Positions 59,584 to 64,000 of a stretch of 64,000 nucleotides of DNA are shown here, one piece after another (position 1 is the stretch's first letter; the number at the start of each line of letters is the position of its first letter). This DNA is from Carpediemonas membranifera BICM (taxonomy: Eukaryota > Protista > Fornicata): contig JAHDYR010000064.1 of the NCBI GenBank assembly GCA_019828565.1, positions 248,001-312,000 of the forward strand. Reading direction: 5' to 3'. The notes below the pieces were generated by a model. That model was not told the DNA's origin. It searched no databases and saw only the letters and a list, made by a program, of their open reading frames with translations. Position numbers and translations under genes: made by a program.

Positions 59584-59873
59584 TCTGGATATAGATCGGC
59601 TACTGCCAACTTACCAAGCGCACGCTAAGTGTTCTGAGCGCCGTATAACCACAAGCATGGGAATTATTGACCCAGGATCCGCAGCCCCGGCACCAGCAAT
59701 AGCCAGCGAGGGTCATTGTTCCCGATCCCGGACGCCTGGACAGGCCAATGTTCCTGAGGGTCCTCATACAGCTAGAACTACTCCTCGCCATGCTACGGTA
59801 GCGACTCTCCCAGGGGCGTGAGTCGTGGAGTCCGACTCGGTATGAATGACATGCAAGCCTGCGACAGAACCTG

Positions 59874-62687
59874 ATGGATGAACGCGAGCAGCTCATTGCT
59901 CAGCTAAGGAAGCAACGGAGTGAAATTGATACCATCCGTAGCGAATTTCACGCAGTAGAACTCGAGAACGAGGCGATGAAGGCCGCAATGATTCATTCCA
60001 GCGCTCTCTTCTTGCAAATATCCCCACAAGGCACAATATTACTCACTAATACATCGTTTAAGGCCGTATACACAGACCTAGCAGCACAGGACCTTGTCAG
60101 CGGCACCTTGCTCAATATGACCTCGACCCACCACCACACTTTCGTCGACTTCCCTGTGCGCGGCAGGCAGCGGTACACCATAGCCTGGGTGGCAGAGGCG
60201 GCTCATTGTCTCGGCGAGCTTCACCTTGTCGGGCTTATTGGCGTCGTGCTCTACCGAGCAACGATCCGGGAGGACCAGCTCACCAACGTCAACCTCTTCC
60301 AAATGATGAATAGCTTCGCGTTAGAGTCGTCTACAGGTTTTTGGATAGCCGAGATAGCGCCACACTACAAGATTGGGATTCGAATCATGTTTGTGTCACG
60401 CCTAATCCCCAAATGGTTCGAGGTGTCGGCTGCGGCGATGTGCGACGACTCTGGGGTTGGCTGGATGCGGCCCATAGTGCCAGATATGCTGGATCAGGTG
60501 CTGAGTGCTTTGAGAGATTTCATATCAGGAGAAACTGACGAATACCACGAAGTTTATAAGATAGTCTGCCCGCAATCCGGCACTGAGCGGTGGATCAGGG
60601 CCCGCGCGATCAAGCTGAAGAACGGGGGCGAGACACAGCCATGCTTTGGGACTGTGGAGGACATCACCGCGTCTGTAGAGGCCGACACGAGGAACAGAAA
60701 GCTAGCCAAGATTCTCAACTTTATCACGGAGGCTATGCCCGACATTCTATGGGTCGCAGATGTCAGCATCTTTCGCCAGACCGGTCTGCTCAAGACGCTT
60801 GTTGTCACGAACGTTTGGGAGACCATCTCGGGAATCCCCATCTCGGAAGAAGACATCACCGTGGACGATTTCAGACCTGCCTTGGACCCGAACGAAGCAG
60901 ACTGGTTTATCACCCGACTTGGGCTATTTCTCGAAGGAGTCGGGCCGATGATTGATTTCGACCACTCTTTTGTCAATGTCCGAACCGGCCAGGTGCACCG
61001 CATGCGGCTCAATGGAAAGCACGTGCTGGACGGGGAAGGTAGGCTAAAGGTCGCTGTGCTCGTGGGGACGGACAATACGAAGGCATATATGGTCGAGAAG
61101 AAGGCGAGGGAGACCAAGCTTCTGTTCGACCGAATGAGCGAATGTATCAGCGACGTGTTTTGCATTGTTATACCACTAGACTACACCCTTCCTCGGGGAG
61201 TCGAGCCCGCTTCGTTCCCACCCTTCAAGTTCGTCTCTGATGGTGTTCTTAACCTGCTCGGGATCCCGGCAGAAGCTTTCTTGACTGATTCCAAAGCTTG
61301 GCTGGAGACGATAGTACCAGAAGGCAGGCCTCGTGTGGTCGATGCGTTAGTAGACTACAACAACGCTTGCCTGACTGAACCTGAAAATGCCAGCCTCAAT
61401 GTGACTTTCGCAGTGAGCGTGGGTGGGGTGACCAAGCACATTCAGTGCAAGAACAAGCCGATACTCAACATGCGAGGCAAGGTTACAAGGCTTGTCGGCA
61501 GTTTCACAGACATTACCGGACTTGTCCGAAAGCAGGCCGACCTTTCCCAAGCGATTCAGCAGTTCGATCTAATCTCAGAGAATATTCAGACAATCTTTTA
61601 TCTGATGGACGCAAAGGAAGGGAGTGACGACTTCGGTGTGATCTATATCAACAGGGCATATGAGACACTTACTGGTAGGACCCGCGAAGCCATACTGCGC
61701 CGGGGCTCTGATGAATGGTGGGAGCAGGTGCATCCAGATGACAAGAGTGGCGCTCAGACAACTTTTGTGACTTTCGGTCATGAGACGCGATATCGAAGAT
61801 ATCGGATTATACGGGACGACGGCCAGCTTCGGCATGTCATTATACGTCGCGTGCAGGTCGATGAAGTCGGCTGCCGTCTCCGCGTGGTTGGCTTCATCGT
61901 CGACATCACTGACCTCGTCGAGTCCCAGCAGCGCAAGAACGAGGCCCAAGCCCAGATGAACCGCGCCCAGCAGCTCGAGAGCCTCGGCGTTCTTGCGGGC
62001 GGGATGGCCCACGAGTTCGGGAACCTGCTGGCAGTTATCATGGGCAATGCGGACTTGGCGCTCGACCTTGCCGGACCTGACCCTTGTCTGATGGAGACGC
62101 TGGAAGCAGTGGTGGAGGCATGCACGAAAGCAAGTGTGTTTACCGGCCAGCTGCTGGCGTACTCCGGGAAGGGCCAAATGGTGATGATGGACGTTAATTT
62201 AACTAGTTTAATACGAGGGATGATTGATTTTATACAGGCCAGCCTGCCGCGAAATGTCACACTCACCCTGAAGTTGTCGCAGGAGAGTACGTTACCGCTA
62301 ATAAGGGGTGACCCGTCTCAGCTCCGGCAGGCTGTCTCCGTCATCGTGTCCAACGGGGTCGAGGCCATTGGGACCAAGCCGGGTCACCTCATCATATCCA
62401 CGGGCCACTGCCAGTGCGAGGGGAACCCTTGTGTCTGTCTGTCTGTCACGGACACGGGCGTGGGCATGGACGAGGAGACCCGCAGCCGACTCTTCGACCC
62501 GTTCTACACAACTAAGGAAGCCGGCAAAGGTCTGAGCCTCGCAGCAGTCCACGGCATCATCTCCAACCACGGCGGGAAGCTCGAAGTAGCGTCAGCTCCA
62601 GGCGAGGGCTGCACGATCACGGCCCGCTTCAAACCCGAGTCCAATGAATGCCAATGCAGCCCGAGCCAACAGGAGACCCAGGACTAA
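59874..62687 (+). CDS. Multi-PAS sensor histidine kinase without a receiver domain
   Basis: Repeated PAS/PAC units (VEDIT, FTDIT, VHPDD, IVDIT); H-box LAGGMAHEFGNLL; N-box QLRQ...NGVEA; DTGVGM, LFDPFYTTK, GKGLSL. Confidence 0.92.
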   Translation: MDEREQLIAQLRKQRSEIDTIRSEFHAVELENEAMKAAMIHSSALFLQISPQGTILLTNTSFKAVYTDLAAQDLVSGTLLNMTSTHHHTFVDFPVRGRQRYTIAWVAEAAHCLGELHLVGLIGVVLYRATIREDQLTNVNLFQMMNSFALESSTGFWIAEIAPHYKIGIRIMFVSRLIPKWFEVSAAAMCDDSGVGWMRPIVPDMLDQVLSALRDFISGETDEYHEVYKIVCPQSGTERWIRARAIKLKNGGETQPCFGTVEDITASVEADTRNRKLAKILNFITEAMPDILWVADVSIFRQTGLLKTLVVTNVWETISGIPISEEDITVDDFRPALDPNEADWFITRLGLFLEGVGPMIDFDHSFVNVRTGQVHRMRLNGKHVLDGEGRLKVAVLVGTDNTKAYMVEKKARETKLLFDRMSECISDVFCIVIPLDYTLPRGVEPASFPPFKFVSDGVLNLLGIPAEAFLTDSKAWLETIVPEGRPRVVDALVDYNNACLTEPENASLNVTFAVSVGGVTKHIQCKNKPILNMRGKVTRLVGSFTDITGLVRKQADLSQAIQQFDLISENIQTIFYLMDAKEGSDDFGVIYINRAYETLTGRTREAILRRGSDEWWEQVHPDDKSGAQTTFVTFGHETRYRRYRIIRDDGQLRHVIIRRVQVDEVGCRLRVVGFIVDITDLVESQQRKNEAQAQMNRAQQLESLGVLAGGMAHEFGNLLAVIMGNADLALDLAGPDPCLMETLEAVVEACTKASVFTGQLLAYSGKGQMVMMDVNLTSLIRGMIDFIQASLPRNVTLTLKLSQESTLPLIRGDPSQLRQAVSVIVSNGVEAIGTKPGHLIISTGHCQCEGNPCVCLSVTDTGVGMDEETRSRLFDPFYTTKEAGKGLSLAAVHGIISNHGGKLEVASAPGEGCTITARFKPESNECQCSPSQQETQD

Positions 62688-62744
62688 ATTTAACGGTAAT
62701 AGGCGGCGGCACAGTGGGTTATAGGGCGGTGAGGATGCCAGTCT

Positions 62745-63131
62745 ATGGTGGTCTCTGGTTGTTCCCGCCTGGGACAGTCGCTCGACAGCATGCTCCATTA
62801 CCTCATGGGCGCGCAGGAAGGGGAAGACGGGCATCCACAGTTCATCAAGCGCATTGATGCGTTAGAGGATGTTGCCTTGCAGATCGCGGAACCACCACAG
62901 CTCTGCGTCCGCGAGCTTGTTGCTCTATCAGCAATGCGGTCCGGGAAACCCCCGATTCCGTCCACAATACGGGTTGATGATAAGGATGTGGACATCTCCG
63001 TCCTACTCAAGGCCATGGTGCCTCCAGATCTGCTTGCCAGCGAGCTTCAGTGGTCTGCAGAGAATCCGCTGCCTACTGACCAAGAGCTGGCGGGGATGCT
63101 GAGCAGGGAGAAGGCGGGTGTGGGAGTGTGA
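62745..63131 (+). CDS. Hypothetical protein
   Basis: 128-aa ORF with plausible composition; no motif recognised. Confidence 0.3.
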   Translation: MVVSGCSRLGQSLDSMLHYLMGAQEGEDGHPQFIKRIDALEDVALQIAEPPQLCVRELVALSAMRSGKPPIPSTIRVDDKDVDISVLLKAMVPPDLLASELQWSAENPLPTDQELAGMLSREKAGVGV

Positions 63132-63551
63132 TGGGTCGAGAACAGCATCGGGTTTGCTTTTGTCGAGGCACTAATGGATAAGCAACATGTGTGCAGATGA
63201 GTAGGAGAAATGCCGGATCGCTAGAAGCCAGTATTATGCACAGTATCACTGAATAGGTTCATACTGATCGTCTAAGAGCGTGTTCTCTCATGCTGAAACC
63301 ATTAGGCGCAATCGTTCATGGATTCTCGATGTGAACGATGATACAGCACGAAATGTCAAGTCATTAGTACACTTGCTACCTCTAAATGATGTTCCTAGTA
63401 CTAAACACTTCATATTTCTCATTACTACGGCATAAGGCACACATTTCGTTCCAAATTTTTAAAGCCATAAACTGAGCTGTATTTGACAAAGTGTTTGCAT
63501 GAACAGCTTGCATAGTATTTTTTGCCAATTGCCACCTAATTTCCCTGAGTA

Positions 63552-63926
63552 ATGCCCAAGGATACCGAAAAGAAGTCTTCCACCTCCAGGTCCGAGCGTG
63601 CCGGCCTGCAGTTCCCCGTTGGTCGTATCCACCGTCAGCTCCGTGACGGCCGTTACGCCAAGCGTATCGGTGCCGGTGCCCCCGTCTACCTCGCCTCCGT
63701 CCTCGAGTACATCACCGCTGAGGTCATCGAGCTCGCTGGAAACGCCGTGCGCGAGAACAACAAGCGCCGTATCACCCCCCGCCACATCCAGCTGGCCATC
63801 CGTCACGACGAGGAGCTTTCCCGCCTCTTTGCCGATGTGGTAATTCCTCAGGGCGGTGTTCTCCCCCACATCCACCAACGCATCCTGTCCAAGTCCAAGG
63901 GCAAGACCGCCACTCAGGAGGCCTAA
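63552..63926 (+). CDS. H2A: Histone H2A with a C-terminal TQE motif
   Basis: [53 protein letters not shown]. Confidence 0.98.
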   Translation: MPKDTEKKSSTSRSERAGLQFPVGRIHRQLRDGRYAKRIGAGAPVYLASVLEYITAEVIELAGNAVRENNKRRITPRHIQLAIRHDEELSRLFADVVIPQGGVLPHIHQRILSKSKGKTATQEA

Positions 63927-64000
63927 AAATCGAAAATTATCCCAAAACGGTGTCAAAAGACACCAACAGCTAACCAACATCAAGTAGCGGGCGCATGGGT

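Noticed and set aside
59585-59614. GTAAGT...CAG 30-nt candidate intron upstream of the 59023-59583 ORF
   Set aside because: Splicing gives a stop at or just after the junction in all three phases, and the 3' end lacks the YTNAC-NYAG consensus.
1-64000. Prokaryotic or contaminant origin, operons, rRNA/tRNA genes
   Set aside because: Histone, IFT and adaptin genes and spliceosomal introns are interleaved with the bacterial-like genes; no rRNA or tRNA was recognised.

Overview
Gene-dense eukaryotic DNA (~55-60% GC) from a flagellated, probably anaerobic protist. Evidence: histone H2A, TFIIA, IFT140, ODA16, PA28, an AP sigma adaptin, and nine tiny 28-29-nt GT-AG introns with a fused branch point/3' site. 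The style suggests a Carpediemonas-like metamonad (inference). About 35 protein genes are present, several with bacterial-looking products: a multi-PAS histidine kinase, a membrane-anchored tandem solute-binding protein, a 2-hydroxyacid dehydrogenase, an esterase and a dicluster ferredoxin. Main discovery: a 676-bp non-autonomous DNA transposon at 54396-55071 with TG...CA termini and a 5-bp target-site duplication (CGACA). It carries the degenerate C-terminus of a Fanzor/TnpB-like RuvC nuclease, followed by a terminal hairpin where an omega-RNA scaffold would be expected. A 67-bp ends-only derivative with its own 5-bp TSD (CTAAC) lies at 35351-35417. Other points: a 1.41-kb near-perfect inverted duplication of DERA (one copy frameshifted), a WD40-WD40-repeat-ankyrin-kinase protein with an unassigned repeat, and candidate p31comet and Cdt1 homologues. 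All family calls were made by eye from motifs; no database search was run.
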